Of a stretch of DNA of 64,000 nucleotides, positions 18,635 to 29,208 are shown in pieces. Within the stretch, counting starts at the first letter, position 1; the number at the start of each line of letters is the position of its first letter. The notes under the pieces are model-generated. The model was given only the letters and a program-made list of their open reading frames with translations, made no database searches and was not told the DNA's origin. Origin of the DNA: Candidatus Latescibacterota bacterium (GTDB taxonomy: Bacteria; Latescibacterota; UBA2968; UBA8231); NCBI GenBank assembly GCA_964291625.2, contig OZ220089.1, positions 3,712,001-3,776,000 of the forward strand. Direction: 5' to 3'. The translations under genes and the position numbers were made by a program.

Positions 18635-21531
18635 CAGATTCCGACCACCATCTCGAAGCGGGAATCGCCTTCGTCCAGGCGGTAGACGTAGCGCAGGCCC
18701 ATGTTCAGCGGGATCTGCAGGGAGAAGGGGTAGAAGTCGGCCGTCAGCTCGGCGCCCGTCGACTGGTAGGTTCGCGCCGGCCGGGCGCCGCGGCCGTAGT
18801 CGTAGAACAAGCCGGCCCTGAGGCGCTGAAGGAACACGAGGGCGCCCAGGTTCCAGTCCGGGTAGAGCAGGGGCAGGTCATAGTTGGCCGTCCCCTGAAA
18901 GAGGCGGCGGTGGAATCGGTAGCCGTAGCCGCGGACGAATGGCTGCTCGCTGGCGAAGCGGTACGGAAGGCCGTCCGCCGCGCCGGGGTCCTGCCACTCG
19001 TAGCCGCCCGCCAAGTGCAGGCCGTGGTGGGCGGCCAGGCCGGGGAAGCGCAGCCCCAGCCGTCCCGACAGCAGGGTGCCGGCGTAGTCGCCCGCCAGGG
19101 GCGTGTGCCGCCAGGCCAGCTGCAGGCTCTGACCCCAGAGCGGAGCCAGATCGCGCGCGGCCGGCCGGCGGAACCTCGCGAACTCCAGCCGGTAGGTCAG
19201 GGGCGTGAAGCGTCCGTTGTGGTTCCTCGTCACCACGTCTCCCGCTTCCTGGCTCGCGCTCTCCGGATCGGGCCACCAGAGGTCGTCGCCGGGCCGGTTG
19301 AGGTCGTCCCGGCCGGCGATATCGGTCCACTCCACCGTCGCGCTCAGTTGGAGGGAGGACCGCCAGGGGCCTCGGGAGAGAGTCAGGGGAATCCCGACGC
19401 CGGCGCTCACGCTCCTCTCGCTCCACCTGTCCGTCTCTTCCCTCTCCTGGACCTCGAGGCTGTCCCCTTTCGCTTCCCGTGTCCTGATCACGTAATCCCC
19501 GGCCCGCTCGCCCCAGCGCCCGCCGAGGTTGAGCACCGGGTACCACGCCGCCAGGCTGAGCCCGCCCAGGACGCTGAAGGCGCTCTCGTTGCTGTTGTAC
19601 TCGACCCCGGCGCTCGTGCTGCTGAGACCGAGCAGATCGCTGGAGGTGAGACTGAGGGCGTAGTCCGGCGGCGCCGGACTGAAGGCCCAGCTGTGGACGT
19701 TGAGGAGGTGGCCCAGCGGCCGATAGCCGCTCACCGGATAGACCCGTTGCGGGATATTCGCCAGCACGGGTCCGCCCTGCTCCTGCTCGACCAATGGTTG
19801 GAAGTAGCGCACCCGGCGGTCCTCGACCTGCTCCACCGGCGTCCAGTCCGCCGGGTCCAGGTGCATGGCGGCGATGCGGTAGCCGTCGACGGTGTACTCC
19901 TGAAAGAGGAGCGAATCGCCGGCCACCGCCGCGTGGGTCGCCGCCAGCGGCCGCGAGGTCACCCGGTAGCGGGCTCCGCTCTTCAGGTGGACGGCGTGGA
20001 TGTTGTCGATGCCCCCATGGGGTGAGTCGAACAACAGGTAGGGACCCCAGAACACCGGCCAGCCGATATCGTCGTGGGTGCGGGGCAACACGATCTCCCC
20101 CTGGCCGTCGGCCGGGTCGATGAGCTCGAGCGTGTTGCCGCCTTCGTCCAGCCGCAAGACGGCGATGCGGCGGCCGTCCTCCGACCACGCCGGCGTGCGC
20201 CACAAGACCCCGTCCGGGGCGGGGAAGCGGGCGGTCTCGGCGCCGCTGGCGGTCTCCAGCAGCACGAGGTGGCAGCGCCGGTCCGGTCCGAACTCGACGG
20301 CGGCGATCCGCGCTCCGTCGGGAGAAGGAGCCGGGGCGAAGAGCTTGCCCCCGTGGGTGAGCTGGCGGACCCGGCCGCTGTCGAGGTCCATCACCACCAC
20401 GTCGGAGTAGTCGCGAAAGCCCCAGCGCCGATCCGGGGTGGAGCGGTTCCAGGCCGCGGTCCCGCCGGCCGCGCGGAGGCCGCCGAGGGCCTGGTAGAAG
20501 CGCAGGCGCTCCTCGCGGCCGTCGGGGTGGAGCCGCACCAGGGTCGGCGGATCGGCGAGTCCGCTCTTGCCCGCCAGCACGCTGCCGTCGTTCAGGGGCT
20601 GCGGGAACTTGTAGTTGGTCCACACGCCCGGGCCGTCCTGCCCGTCGAGGACTCGCAGCGGCGTCGTGGGCAGATACTCCTGCTGCGCCTGCCACAGGCC
20701 GGTCAGCTCGTCCATCGTCCGCTCGTAGGTCCGGGCGGCGCTGGCCCCGGTGTGCTGCCGGAGGGCGAAGCTGAAGGACCAGGGGAGGGTGACGGGGAGG
20801 AACAGCCCCCACCGGGTGGTGCTGCCCAGCACCTTGTCCCACGCCTCGGCGCCGTGGTGCCGCCGTACGTAGGTGGTCAGATGGTACCCGAGCTGGTAGT
20901 GGTCCGGGTACCAGTCGCGGTACGAGCGGTGATGGGCCTTGTAGTAGGAGTATCGCCGACCCGACAGGAGCAAGGCCCGGATGTGCAGACCGAACCGGGG
21001 CGTGCGCCCGCGCCCGGTCTCGCTCAGGGCCGTCTCGATGCCTACGGCGTCCCCCTCCCAGAACCACGGGGGGAAGAGCAGATAGCTGGCTGCGGCCTGG
21101 CCCAGCTCGCCGCCCAGGAGCCACCCCAGGCGGACCAGGCCCCGGCGCATGCGGTCGAACTGCACCACGTGGCGCATCTCGTGGACCGCCAGCAGCTGGT
21201 ACCACTCGCCGCTGAGCCCCGCGTCCTGGGGCGGGGTGCTGAACCACACGCTGCGCCGCGGGGCCAGGGAGACGAAACCGTTGACCCGGGCCGTCTGGTT
21301 GGCCAGCACCACGTCCACCGGCTTTTGCGGCCCTCTGAGGGTTCTGGAGACCGGGCCGTAAATGTGTTCCAGCGTGTTGGCCACCCGCTGGGCCTCGGCG
21401 GCGATCTCGGCGGGGAAGATGACCCTGAACCGCTCCGTCCGGATCTGTTGCCAGTCCAGGCCCGGCGGGCTCTGCTGCGCCAGGGACGGGGCTGCGATCA
21501 GCAGCGAGAGTGCGAGGGCTCTCTTCAGCAT
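18634..21531 (-). CDS. Outer-membrane protein: N-terminal HExxH metallopeptidase-like domain, PD40/TolB propeller, C-terminal Omp85-like barrel
   Basis: Signal MLKRALALSLLIAAPSLA; VHEMRHVVQ...WFWEGDA; PAPSPDG and PAWSEDG repeats; barrel-like VRGYG and LFYDYG. Confidence 0.72.
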   Translation of the reverse strand: MLKRALALSLLIAAPSLAQQSPPGLDWQQIRTERFRVIFPAEIAAEAQRVANTLEHIYGPVSRTLRGPQKPVDVVLANQTARVNGFVSLAPRRSVWFSTPPQDAGLSGEWYQLLAVHEMRHVVQFDRMRRGLVRLGWLLGGELGQAAASYLLFPPWFWEGDAVGIETALSETGRGRTPRFGLHIRALLLSGRRYSYYKAHHRSYRDWYPDHYQLGYHLTTYVRRHHGAEAWDKVLGSTTRWGLFLPVTLPWSFSFALRQHTGASAARTYERTMDELTGLWQAQQEYLPTTPLRVLDGQDGPGVWTNYKFPQPLNDGSVLAGKSGLADPPTLVRLHPDGREERLRFYQALGGLRAAGGTAAWNRSTPDRRWGFRDYSDVVVMDLDSGRVRQLTHGGKLFAPAPSPDGARIAAVEFGPDRRCHLVLLETASGAETARFPAPDGVLWRTPAWSEDGRRIAVLRLDEGGNTLELIDPADGQGEIVLPRTHDDIGWPVFWGPYLLFDSPHGGIDNIHAVHLKSGARYRVTSRPLAATHAAVAGDSLLFQEYTVDGYRIAAMHLDPADWTPVEQVEDRRVRYFQPLVEQEQGGPVLANIPQRVYPVSGYRPLGHLLNVHSWAFSPAPPDYALSLTSSDLLGLSSTSAGVEYNSNESAFSVLGGLSLAAWYPVLNLGGRWGERAGDYVIRTREAKGDSLEVQEREETDRWSERSVSAGVGIPLTLSRGPWRSSLQLSATVEWTDIAGRDDLNRPGDDLWWPDPESASQEAGDVVTRNHNGRFTPLTYRLEFARFRRPAARDLAPLWGQSLQLAWRHTPLAGDYAGTLLSGRLGLRFPGLAAHHGLHLAGGYEWQDPGAADGLPYRFASEQPFVRGYGYRFHRRLFQGTANYDLPLLYPDWNLGALVFLQRLRAGLFYDYGRGARPARTYQSTGAELTADFYPFSLQIPLNMGLRYVYRLDEGDSRFEMVVGI

Positions 21532-22319
21532 CAGGCCGAGGCCCCGGAATACCGCCTCAGGCCGGCCTGCCAGAACAGCCGCGACAGGACCAGCATCGCC
21601 GCGGCCAGGGCCACGGTACCCGCGAGCCACTCGCCCGGCAGTCGGCCCACCAGGGCCCCGGCCGGCACGGTGACGGCGAAGGCCACGGGCACGACGAAGG
21701 TGAGCACCATCCGCATCCACCCCGGGTAGATGGTCACCGGCCACTTGGCCGCCCGGTAGAGGCTGTGGAAGACCATGAGGATGTTGCCGACTCGGACGAA
21801 CCAGAAGGAGACCGTCGACAGCATGAGCCAGAAGCTGTAGATGATGGCGCCCCCCGAGCACAGGGTCAGGGCGAAGACCCCCGCCTCTTCGAGCCCCGTC
21901 CGCCGCCCCAGCCAGGCCAGGGCCCCGGCGATCACGGCGGCGCCGACGGCCACGTCCACCAGCCGCCAGACGCGCACCTGGCCGATGCTGACCAGCACCT
22001 GGGCCTCCTCCGGCTTGGTGAGGGTGAAGTCGAGGGTGCCCTCGCGCACGTCCTCCACCAGGCGTTCCATGCCCGGCTGCACCACCAGGCCCACCAGGCC
22101 GGACATGAGGGTCCAGACCCCGAGGAGGGCGATCAGCTCGGCCGCCTGCCAGCCGTTCAGTTGGTCGGTGTGGCCGTAGACGACGTAGACCGCGAAGAGG
22201 GCGGCGCCCAGGTCGATTCCCGTGCGGCCCAGCTGCAACCAGAAATTGGTTCGGTACTGCAGCTCGTTCATCGCCCCGAGGCGGAAGAACGTGGCCAGCA
22301 GACGCAGGGGGGTGCGCAC
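21531..22319 (-). CDS. ABC-2 family permease
   Basis: ELQYRTNF, VREGTLDFTLTKP, WPVTIYPG; multiple TM segments. Confidence 0.88.
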   Translation of the reverse strand: MRTPLRLLATFFRLGAMNELQYRTNFWLQLGRTGIDLGAALFAVYVVYGHTDQLNGWQAAELIALLGVWTLMSGLVGLVVQPGMERLVEDVREGTLDFTLTKPEEAQVLVSIGQVRVWRLVDVAVGAAVIAGALAWLGRRTGLEEAGVFALTLCSGGAIIYSFWLMLSTVSFWFVRVGNILMVFHSLYRAAKWPVTIYPGWMRMVLTFVVPVAFAVTVPAGALVGRLPGEWLAGTVALAAAMLVLSRLFWQAGLRRYSGASA

Positions 22320-22321
22320 CC

Positions 22322-23128
22322 TCAGTTCCCCACGGCGCCGTAGCGGGCCGAGGCCCGGCTCCAGCCGAAGTGGATGGCGGCGACGCCGGCGGTCAGCCAC
22401 GCCCCCTGGGCCAGGACCCCGTTCACCGCCTGGTCCGGCGTCAGCCGGCCCAGGACCAGCTCCACCGGGAAGGCGAGCATCCAGCGGAAGGGCGAGTACG
22501 AGGCCGCCGCCTCCAGCCAGCCGGGCAGCAGGGACAGGGGGGCCAGGCCGCCCATGAGGACCATACCGAGTCCCAGGTAGAGGGCGTTCAGGCCCGAGGT
22601 GTCGGTGATCCAGAAGGCGAGCAGCCCCATGGCCCACTCGAAGAGGAAGCGCAGCAGGAAGGCCAGGGCCAGGACCGGCGCGAAGGCCAGCGCCGCCCAC
22701 AGGGGCGGGTCGAGGCGGGGCTCGAAGTACCAGGCCAGCAGCGCCAGCGCGGGACCCACCACGGCGAGGGTGAGGACCTTGTAGGCCGCGTTCTGCAGCA
22801 CGTCCCGGTGCCAGGGGTGCAGGGGCTGCACGAGGATCGGGTTGTAGAACCCGGAGCGCACCCGCCAGCCCATCTCGAACATGTGCCAGGTGAAGGTGAC
22901 GTGGTTGACGAACATGACGGCGAGGAAGTAGGCGGCCAGGGCGCCCGAGTCGAAGTCGCCCACCCGGCCTCCCTTCGAGGCGGCCACGGTGAGCCACACC
23001 ACGAGGTGGATCAGGGGCTGCAGCATCAGGCCCAGGAGCCAGATGACCATGGCGGCGCGGTACTGGAACAGCGCCGCCAGCTCGAGGCCGAAGAGGGTCC
23101 GGTAGACGTCTGCGAGGGCGGCGATCAA
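22322..23128 (-). CDS. ABC-2 family permease
   Basis: LFQYRAAMVIW, GGLAPLSLLP, SPFRWMLAFPVE; TTG start overlapping the ATPase stop. Confidence 0.85.
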   Translation of the reverse strand: MIAALADVYRTLFGLELAALFQYRAAMVIWLLGLMLQPLIHLVVWLTVAASKGGRVGDFDSGALAAYFLAVMFVNHVTFTWHMFEMGWRVRSGFYNPILVQPLHPWHRDVLQNAAYKVLTLAVVGPALALLAWYFEPRLDPPLWAALAFAPVLALAFLLRFLFEWAMGLLAFWITDTSGLNALYLGLGMVLMGGLAPLSLLPGWLEAAASYSPFRWMLAFPVELVLGRLTPDQAVNGVLAQGAWLTAGVAAIHFGWSRASARYGAVGN

Positions 23129-24117
23129 GGGCCCGGCCCCGGCGCGTCGGCCCGCTGGCGGAAGACCTGCTCGATGACCTCCTCGATGGGGGGCTCGGCC
23201 ACCGTCAGGTCGGCCACGGGCAGCTCCGCCAGCAGCCGCGCCGTCACCTGGGCCGCCTCCGCCTTGGGCACCGACAGGGTCGCCCGGCTGCCCTCGACGC
23301 GCACATCGTGGCCGAAGGCGGCCAGGCCCGGGTCCTCGCGCTCGAGGTCGACGACGATCGTCTTGTGGGGCGAGAACCGCCGCACCAGCTCGGAGAGGGC
23401 GCCGTCGAAGAGCAGCTGTCCGTGGTGGATGACGACGACGCGCTCGCAGAGGGCCTCCACGTCGGCCATGTAGTGGCTGGTGAGCAGCACCGTCGCCCCC
23501 GAGGCGCGGTTGTGCCCGGCCACGAAGGAGCGGATGCGGCGCTGCATGGTCACGTCGAGGCCGAGGGTGGGCTCGTCGAGGAAGAGGATCTTCGGCCGGT
23601 GGAGCAGGGCCACGGCGATCTCGCACTTCATGCGCTCGCCGAGGGACAGGTTGCGCACCGGCTTGCGCAGCAGCTCGGCCAGCTCCAGCAGCTCGGTGAG
23701 CTCGTCCACGGTGCGGCGGAATTCGCCCGCCTCCAGCCGGTAGATGGCGCGGTTGCGCTCGAAGGAGTCGGCCACCGGCAGGTCCCACACGAGCTGGTTG
23801 CGGTTGCCCATGACCAGGGTGATCTGGCGCAGGAACTCGCGCTGCCGGCGGAAGGGCTCGAAGCCGAGGACCCGGGCCCGCCCCGCCGTCGGGTTCAACA
23901 GGCCGGAGAGCATCTTCAGGGCCGTCGTCTTGCCGGCGCCGTTGGGGCCCAGGAAGCCGACGATCTCCCCCGGCTCGACGGAGAAGGAGAGCTCGCGCAC
24001 CGCCTCGACCTCCCGGTGGCGCCGGCGCACCAGGCTGCGCGCCGCGTTCCACAGGCCGGGGTCGCGCTCGGGGACGCGGTAGGTCTTGGAGAGGGACTCG
24101 CAGGTCAGGGCCGCCAT
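23125..24117 (-). CDS. ABC transporter ATP-binding protein
   Basis: GPNGAGKTT, LSLGERMK, FLDEPT, TSHYMAD. Confidence 0.93.
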   Translation of the reverse strand: MAALTCESLSKTYRVPERDPGLWNAARSLVRRRHREVEAVRELSFSVEPGEIVGFLGPNGAGKTTALKMLSGLLNPTAGRARVLGFEPFRRQREFLRQITLVMGNRNQLVWDLPVADSFERNRAIYRLEAGEFRRTVDELTELLELAELLRKPVRNLSLGERMKCEIAVALLHRPKILFLDEPTLGLDVTMQRRIRSFVAGHNRASGATVLLTSHYMADVEALCERVVVIHHGQLLFDGALSELVRRFSPHKTIVVDLEREDPGLAAFGHDVRVEGSRATLSVPKAEAAQVTARLLAELPVADLTVAEPPIEEVIEQVFRQRADAPGPGP

Positions 24118-24149
24118 GCCGCTACCCTAGGCGGAGCGCGGCGGGCCCG

Positions 24150-25733
24150 TCAATCGAGCCCCAGGTCGGCGGCGATCACCTGCCAGGCGTTGTACCCCGG
24201 CAGCCCGGTGATGTTGCCCGAGGGATGGCAGGAGGAGCCGCACAGGTAGAGGCGCTCCAGGTATCCCCGGTAGTGGCCGGCCCCCGGGAAGGGCCGGTGG
24301 TAGCCGCTCTGGCCGTGGCCGAGGGAGCCCACCAGCAGGTCGCCGCCGCGCATGTTCGGCAGCCGCCGGGGGATCTCGTTCACGGGCCGGACCATGGATC
24401 CACGTACGACGTCGGGCAGGTTCGGGGCGAAGCGGGACCAGGCCTCGAGGATGCGGCCGCCGTGGGGCTCGGCCTCCGCCTCCCAGTTGGCGGCGCGGCC
24501 ACGCAGGCGGAAGGGCGCCTTCTGCCACATGAAGGCGGTGTGGGCGCCCTCCGGGGCCTGGGCGGGATCGAACCGGCTCGGGCAGGACCCCCAGGTCACC
24601 ATCGGCGGCAGGCGGCCCTGCTCGTGGGCGGAGACCATGTCGTCGAGGTCGGCCACCGACCGCAGGCCGAGGATGACCATGAAGGCGTCGGCGAGGGCGG
24701 GATCGGTGAGGGCGGCCGAGTACGCGGGGGGCTCGTCGAGGTTGAGGTAGAGTCCGAAGAGGGGGGCCAGCAGGTTGTAGCGGAAGGCGGCGGCCCGGTC
24801 GCGCCAGGGGTTGGGCAGGTGCTCGGGATCGATGAGGTCGAGGAAGGTCTGCTGCGGGTTGAGGCTGGAGGCGACGAAGTGGCGGGCGCCGATCCGCTCT
24901 CCGTCGGCGGTGACCACCCCGGCGGCCCTCCCCGGGCCGTCCCCCGCGGCGGGCTCCACGAGGACGCGGGCCGGCTCGACGCCGGTGCGGACCTCGCCGC
25001 CGGCCTCGGTGACCGCGCGGACCAGGGCTTCGGCCAGCCGGGCCGACCCGCCGGCGCACATCTGCGCCTTGCCGCGGGCGGCCAGCAGCGCCGGGATGTG
25101 GTGGCCGAAGCCGCGGGCCGTGGGCTCGACCTCGCGCAGGCCGTTGAAGAACAGGAGACCGGCCTGGACCGCGGGGCTCTCGAACTCGCGCAGCACTAAC
25201 TCCCGCGGCGACAGGGCGCTCGTCTGCAGCAGCAGGCGGCCCTCGGCGGTCGACTCCAGGCGGCGCCGGCGCTCCCGGGGCGGCGGGGGCGGCGCCTGGG
25301 CCTCGGGCTCGAGGATGCGCGTCACCACCGGCCGGAAGGCGTCGCGCCAGCGGCGCAGGGTGTCGGCGTCGCGGCGGCTGAAGCGGGCGAAGGACTCGGC
25401 GGTGCGCTCGAAGTCGGTCCACCAGGTCAGGGACCGGCCGTCGGCCAGCAGCAGGGCCACGTTCAGGTCGGGCTCCAGGTAGCGGGCGCCGCGCCGCTCC
25501 AGCTCGAGGCCTGTGTACCAGGGCATCCGGGTCACGCCGCGGTGGTAGAAGGAGTGGGTGTTGTGCAGGAATCCGGAGCCCGCCGGCCACTCCTCGGTGC
25601 GCAGCCCGCCGCCGGCGACGTCGCTGCGCTCCAGGCAGACCACGTGCAGGCCGGCACGGCAGAGGTACGCCTGCAGGATCAGGCCGTTGTGGCCGGCCCC
25701 GAGGATGATGCCGTCGCAGGTGGTGTCCGCCAT
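24150..25733 (-). CDS. Phytoene desaturase-family FAD-dependent oxidoreductase
   Basis: ILGAGHNGL dinucleotide motif, DPAQAPEGAHT, LYLCGSSCHPSG..TGLPGYNA. Confidence 0.88.
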   Translation of the reverse strand: MADTTCDGIILGAGHNGLILQAYLCRAGLHVVCLERSDVAGGGLRTEEWPAGSGFLHNTHSFYHRGVTRMPWYTGLELERRGARYLEPDLNVALLLADGRSLTWWTDFERTAESFARFSRRDADTLRRWRDAFRPVVTRILEPEAQAPPPPPRERRRRLESTAEGRLLLQTSALSPRELVLREFESPAVQAGLLFFNGLREVEPTARGFGHHIPALLAARGKAQMCAGGSARLAEALVRAVTEAGGEVRTGVEPARVLVEPAAGDGPGRAAGVVTADGERIGARHFVASSLNPQQTFLDLIDPEHLPNPWRDRAAAFRYNLLAPLFGLYLNLDEPPAYSAALTDPALADAFMVILGLRSVADLDDMVSAHEQGRLPPMVTWGSCPSRFDPAQAPEGAHTAFMWQKAPFRLRGRAANWEAEAEPHGGRILEAWSRFAPNLPDVVRGSMVRPVNEIPRRLPNMRGGDLLVGSLGHGQSGYHRPFPGAGHYRGYLERLYLCGSSCHPSGNITGLPGYNAWQVIAADLGLD

Positions 25734-25743
25734 GCCGGCGGCG

Positions 25744-26928
25744 CTATCCGGACTCCTGGAGAGCTGCGGCCATTTCACGCAGGCCGATCGCCTCCACGTC
25801 CTCCGACAGCGGGTAGCGCTCGTCCCCCGAATAGACGATGAAGGACCGCTCCGGCTCGATGTCGCCGCGGGCATGGTGGAAGCCGCGGCTCGGACGGGGG
25901 GTCAGGCCGAGCTTGATCTCGATGGCCCAGGGTTGGCGCCTGCCCGGCAGCTCGAGCACCAGGTCGATCTCGGCACCGGCCTGGGTGCGAAAGAAGCTGG
26001 CCGCCGTACCGGGGGGTACCGCGGCCAGCAGGTTCTCGATCACGAACCCTTCCCAACTGGCGCCGGCCACGGGATGGCCGGCGAGGGCGTTGTGGTCTTC
26101 GATGCCGAGCAGGGCGTGGACCAGACCGCTGTCGCGGACGTAGACCTTGGGGGACTTGACCAGCCGCTTGCGGATGTTGGCGTGGAAGGGCCGCAGCCGC
26201 CGCACCAGCAGCAAGTCGACCAGCAGATCGATGTACCCCGTCACCGTCGGACTGCTCACCCCCAGGCTGGCCGCCAGCCTGGACGCGTTCAGGAGCCCGC
26301 CCTGGCCGTGGGCCAGCATCGTCCACAATCGCTCCAGGGTCTCAGCCGGCAGGCGCCGCTGGGTGAACTCGGAGACGTCGCGCTGCAGGTAGGTGCGGAT
26401 GAAATCGCGGCGGAAGGCGAGGCTGTCGGCATCGCCGGCCGCCAGCAGGCTGTCGGGAAACCCTCCGCGCACCCAGAGCGCCGCCATCGGCGTCGTCGCG
26501 GCGGTGACGTCGAGCACGTCGAGCGGGTTGAGCGGCACGTACTCGATGCGTCCGGCCAGGCTCTCCCCCGACTGCCTGAGCAGGTCCATGGACGCCGATC
26601 CCAGGATCAGGAAGCGCCCCCTGCCCTTCCCTGCCCGCCGGCCCCGGTCGATCAGGCCGCGCAACTCCTGAAACAACTCGGGCGCACGGTGGATCTCGTC
26701 GAGAATGACCAGGCGATCCTCGTACTCGGAGAGGAACAGGGCCGGGTCGGCGAGCTTGGCGCGGTCGGCGCCGGCTTCCAGATCGAGGTAGACGGCCTCG
26801 GTCTGCTCCGCGATCGCGTGAGCCAGGGTGGTCTTGCCGATCTGCCGCGGCCCGATAAGGGCGACCGCCGCCTGGCGCTTCAAGGCGGCTCTGGTCAGTT
26901 TATCTGCTCGGCGAGCAATCATTGTCAT
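25744..26928 (-). CDS. AAA_14 ATPase with DUF4143 (wHTH/nuclease-like) C-terminus
   Basis: GPRQIGKTT, ILDEIH, LGSAS, ESLAGRI, RGGFP, KSPKVYVRDSGL, AEIDL..AIEIK. Confidence 0.92.
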   Translation of the reverse strand: MTMIARRADKLTRAALKRQAAVALIGPRQIGKTTLAHAIAEQTEAVYLDLEAGADRAKLADPALFLSEYEDRLVILDEIHRAPELFQELRGLIDRGRRAGKGRGRFLILGSASMDLLRQSGESLAGRIEYVPLNPLDVLDVTAATTPMAALWVRGGFPDSLLAAGDADSLAFRRDFIRTYLQRDVSEFTQRRLPAETLERLWTMLAHGQGGLLNASRLAASLGVSSPTVTGYIDLLVDLLLVRRLRPFHANIRKRLVKSPKVYVRDSGLVHALLGIEDHNALAGHPVAGASWEGFVIENLLAAVPPGTAASFFRTQAGAEIDLVLELPGRRQPWAIEIKLGLTPRPSRGFHHARGDIEPERSFIVYSGDERYPLSEDVEAIGLREMAAALQESG

Positions 26929-27017
26929 TGAAAATCTAAAGTGAAAGTTTCAAAAAACAAGGATAACGCTTCTCCTCGGCTTGATCCCCGCCGGACCGTA
27001 GGCGACTCTATGCGCCC

Positions 27018-28247
27018 ATGAGCCGCTCCGTCGACGCCTCCTGGGCCCTCTACGACCGCGCCGCCGAGGTCATCCCCCTGGGGACGCAGACCCACAGCAA
27101 GGCGCCGCGGGAGGCGCTGCGCGGCGTCGAGCCCTGCTTCATCGAGCGCGGCGCCGGCTGCCGCCTCTGGGACATGGACGGCAACGAGTACATCGACTTC
27201 CGCTGCGGTCTCGGGCCGATCAGCCTCGGGTACGCCCACCCGGCCGTGGTCGAGGCCGTGCGCCGCCAGATCGGCGACGGCAGCGTCTTCAGCTACGCCC
27301 ACCCCCTGGAGGTCGAGGTCGCCGAGCGCCTGGTGGAGGTCGTCCCCTGCGCCGAGAGCGTCCGCTTCCTCAAGACGGGGGGCGAGGCGATGGCCGCGGC
27401 CCACCGCCTGGCCCGGGCCTGCACCGGCCGCGACCTGATCCTCGCCTGCGGCTACCACGGCTGGGTCAACTCCATGGGCCGGGCGGGTGTGCCGGCGGCC
27501 ATGGGCAACCTCTACCGCGACCTGCCCTGGGGACGGCCCGACGCCTTCGAGGCCGCTTTCGACGAACTGGGAGGGGATCGCGTCGCCGCCGTCAGCGTCG
27601 CCTGCGGGTACGCCGACATCGAGGCCGGGCACCAGTTCCTGCCGGCCCTGAGGGCGCTCACCGAGCGCCACGGCGCCCTGCTCGTCTTCGACGAGATCGT
27701 CACCGGCTTCCGCCTGCGCCGGGCCGGGGCCCAGGAGTACTTCGGCGTCACCCCCGACCTGGCCGTCTTCGCCAAGGGGCTCTCCAACGGCGTGCCCCTC
27801 TCCTGCTACCTGGGACGGCGGGACCTGATGGAGAGCGTCACCGACGTGGTCGTCTCCTCCACCTTCGGCGGCGACACCCTCGGTCTGGCGGCGGCGCGCG
27901 CCGTCCTCGAGGTGTACGAACAGCAGGACGTGATCGGGGTCCTGTGGGAGCGGGGCCGGCAGCTCCACGCCGGTCTGGAGACGATCGCCGGCCGCCTGGG
28001 GGTGGACGCCGGTTTCCGCGGCCTGCCGCCGGCCGGGTACCTGGACCTGCCCTCCCCGGAGGCCCGGCTCGCCTTCGAGGAGGAGTGTCTGCGCCGCGGC
28101 GTCATCCCCTACAGCTTGTTCTACCTCAACTTCTCCCACGGCCCCGCCGACGTGGACGAGGCCCTGGGCGTCGTCGAGGAGGCCCTCGCCGTGGTCAGGG
28201 ATCGGGGGCTGCTGGCCGCGGCGCTGGAGCAGGCCCCGCCGCGATGA
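27018..28247 (+). CDS. Class III PLP aminotransferase (glutamate-1-semialdehyde aminomutase-like)
   Basis: GCRLWDMDGNEYIDF, FLKTGGEA, FDEIVTGFR...GVTPDLAVFAKG, SSTFGG. Confidence 0.88.
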   Translation: MSRSVDASWALYDRAAEVIPLGTQTHSKAPREALRGVEPCFIERGAGCRLWDMDGNEYIDFRCGLGPISLGYAHPAVVEAVRRQIGDGSVFSYAHPLEVEVAERLVEVVPCAESVRFLKTGGEAMAAAHRLARACTGRDLILACGYHGWVNSMGRAGVPAAMGNLYRDLPWGRPDAFEAAFDELGGDRVAAVSVACGYADIEAGHQFLPALRALTERHGALLVFDEIVTGFRLRRAGAQEYFGVTPDLAVFAKGLSNGVPLSCYLGRRDLMESVTDVVVSSTFGGDTLGLAAARAVLEVYEQQDVIGVLWERGRQLHAGLETIAGRLGVDAGFRGLPPAGYLDLPSPEARLAFEEECLRRGVIPYSLFYLNFSHGPADVDEALGVVEEALAVVRDRGLLAAALEQAPPR

Positions 28248-28281
28248 GCCCGCGGCGCGACTCCTTCCCGGGATCCTTCCG

Positions 28282-29208
28282 GTGACGGCCCCGGCCGCCC
28301 CGGCGCGGGTCCTGGTCCTCGGCGGCATCAACATGGGCCTGATCACCCGCGCCGAAGCCCTTCCGGCCCCGGGGCAGACCCTGCGCGGCGAGCGCTTCTA
28401 CAGCTCCCCCGGCGGCAAGGGGGCGACCCAGGCGGTGGCCGCTTCGCGGCTGGGTGCGCGGGTCCGCATGGTGGGGCGCGTCGGCGGCGACCTCTTCGGC
28501 CCCGCCCTCCTCGAGTCCCTGCGCTCCCACCGGGTCGACACCGCGGACGTCGCCGTCGATGCGGAAGCGGCTTCCGGGGTGGGCGTCATCCTCGTCGACG
28601 GCCGCGGCCAGAACCGGGTCCTGGCAACGTACGGGGCCAACCTGCGCTGCGGCGAGGAGCAGTTGCGGGCGGTGGAGGCCGCCCTCCCCGAGACCGACGT
28701 GCTGCTGCTGCAGATGGAGATCCCCTTCGATGTATCCGTGAGGGCGGCGAGAGCGGCCAGGGACCGGGGGGTCCGGGTCATCCTCGACCCGGCGCCGGCG
28801 GCCGACATACCGGCGGAGGCCTTCGCGGCCTTCGACATCATCGCGCCGAACCAGCCGGAGGCGGAGCACCTGGTGGGCGTCGCCGTCGACGACGTGGAGT
28901 CCGCCTCCCGGGCCGCGGGCCTGCTGATGGAGCGGGGGGCTCCGGCGGCGGTGATCAAGATGGCGGAGCTGGGTGCCTGCTACCGGACCGCCGATGAGGA
29001 GGGGTTCGTCCCGCCCTTCGCCGTCGAAGCCGTGGACACCACCTCCGCGGGAGACGCCTTCCACGGCGCTCTGGCGGTGGCCCTGGCCGAGGGCGGGAGC
29101 CTGCGCGAGGCCGTCACTTTCGCTTCCGCCGCCGGCGCCCTGGCCGTGACCCGGCCCGGCGTGCAGGACTCCATGCCGGCGCGCACCGAGGTCGAGGAGG
29201 CCCTGTGA
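28282..29208 (+). CDS. rbsK: Ribokinase (PfkB family)
   Basis: [41 protein letters not shown]. Confidence 0.88.
   Translation: MTAPAAPARVLVLGGINMGLITRAEALPAPGQTLRGERFYSSPGGKGATQAVAASRLGARVRMVGRVGGDLFGPALLESLRSHRVDTADVAVDAEAASGVGVILVDGRGQNRVLATYGANLRCGEEQLRAVEAALPETDVLLLQMEIPFDVSVRAARAARDRGVRVILDPAPAADIPAEAFAAFDIIAPNQPEAEHLVGVAVDDVESASRAAGLLMERGAPAAVIKMAELGACYRTADEEGFVPPFAVEAVDTTSAGDAFHGALAVALAEGGSLREAVTFASAAGALAVTRPGVQDSMPARTEVEEAL

Noticed and set aside
27018-28247. Calling this hemL and linking it to B12 synthesis
   Set aside because: Only class III family motifs are supportable; no tetrapyrrole genes are adjacent.
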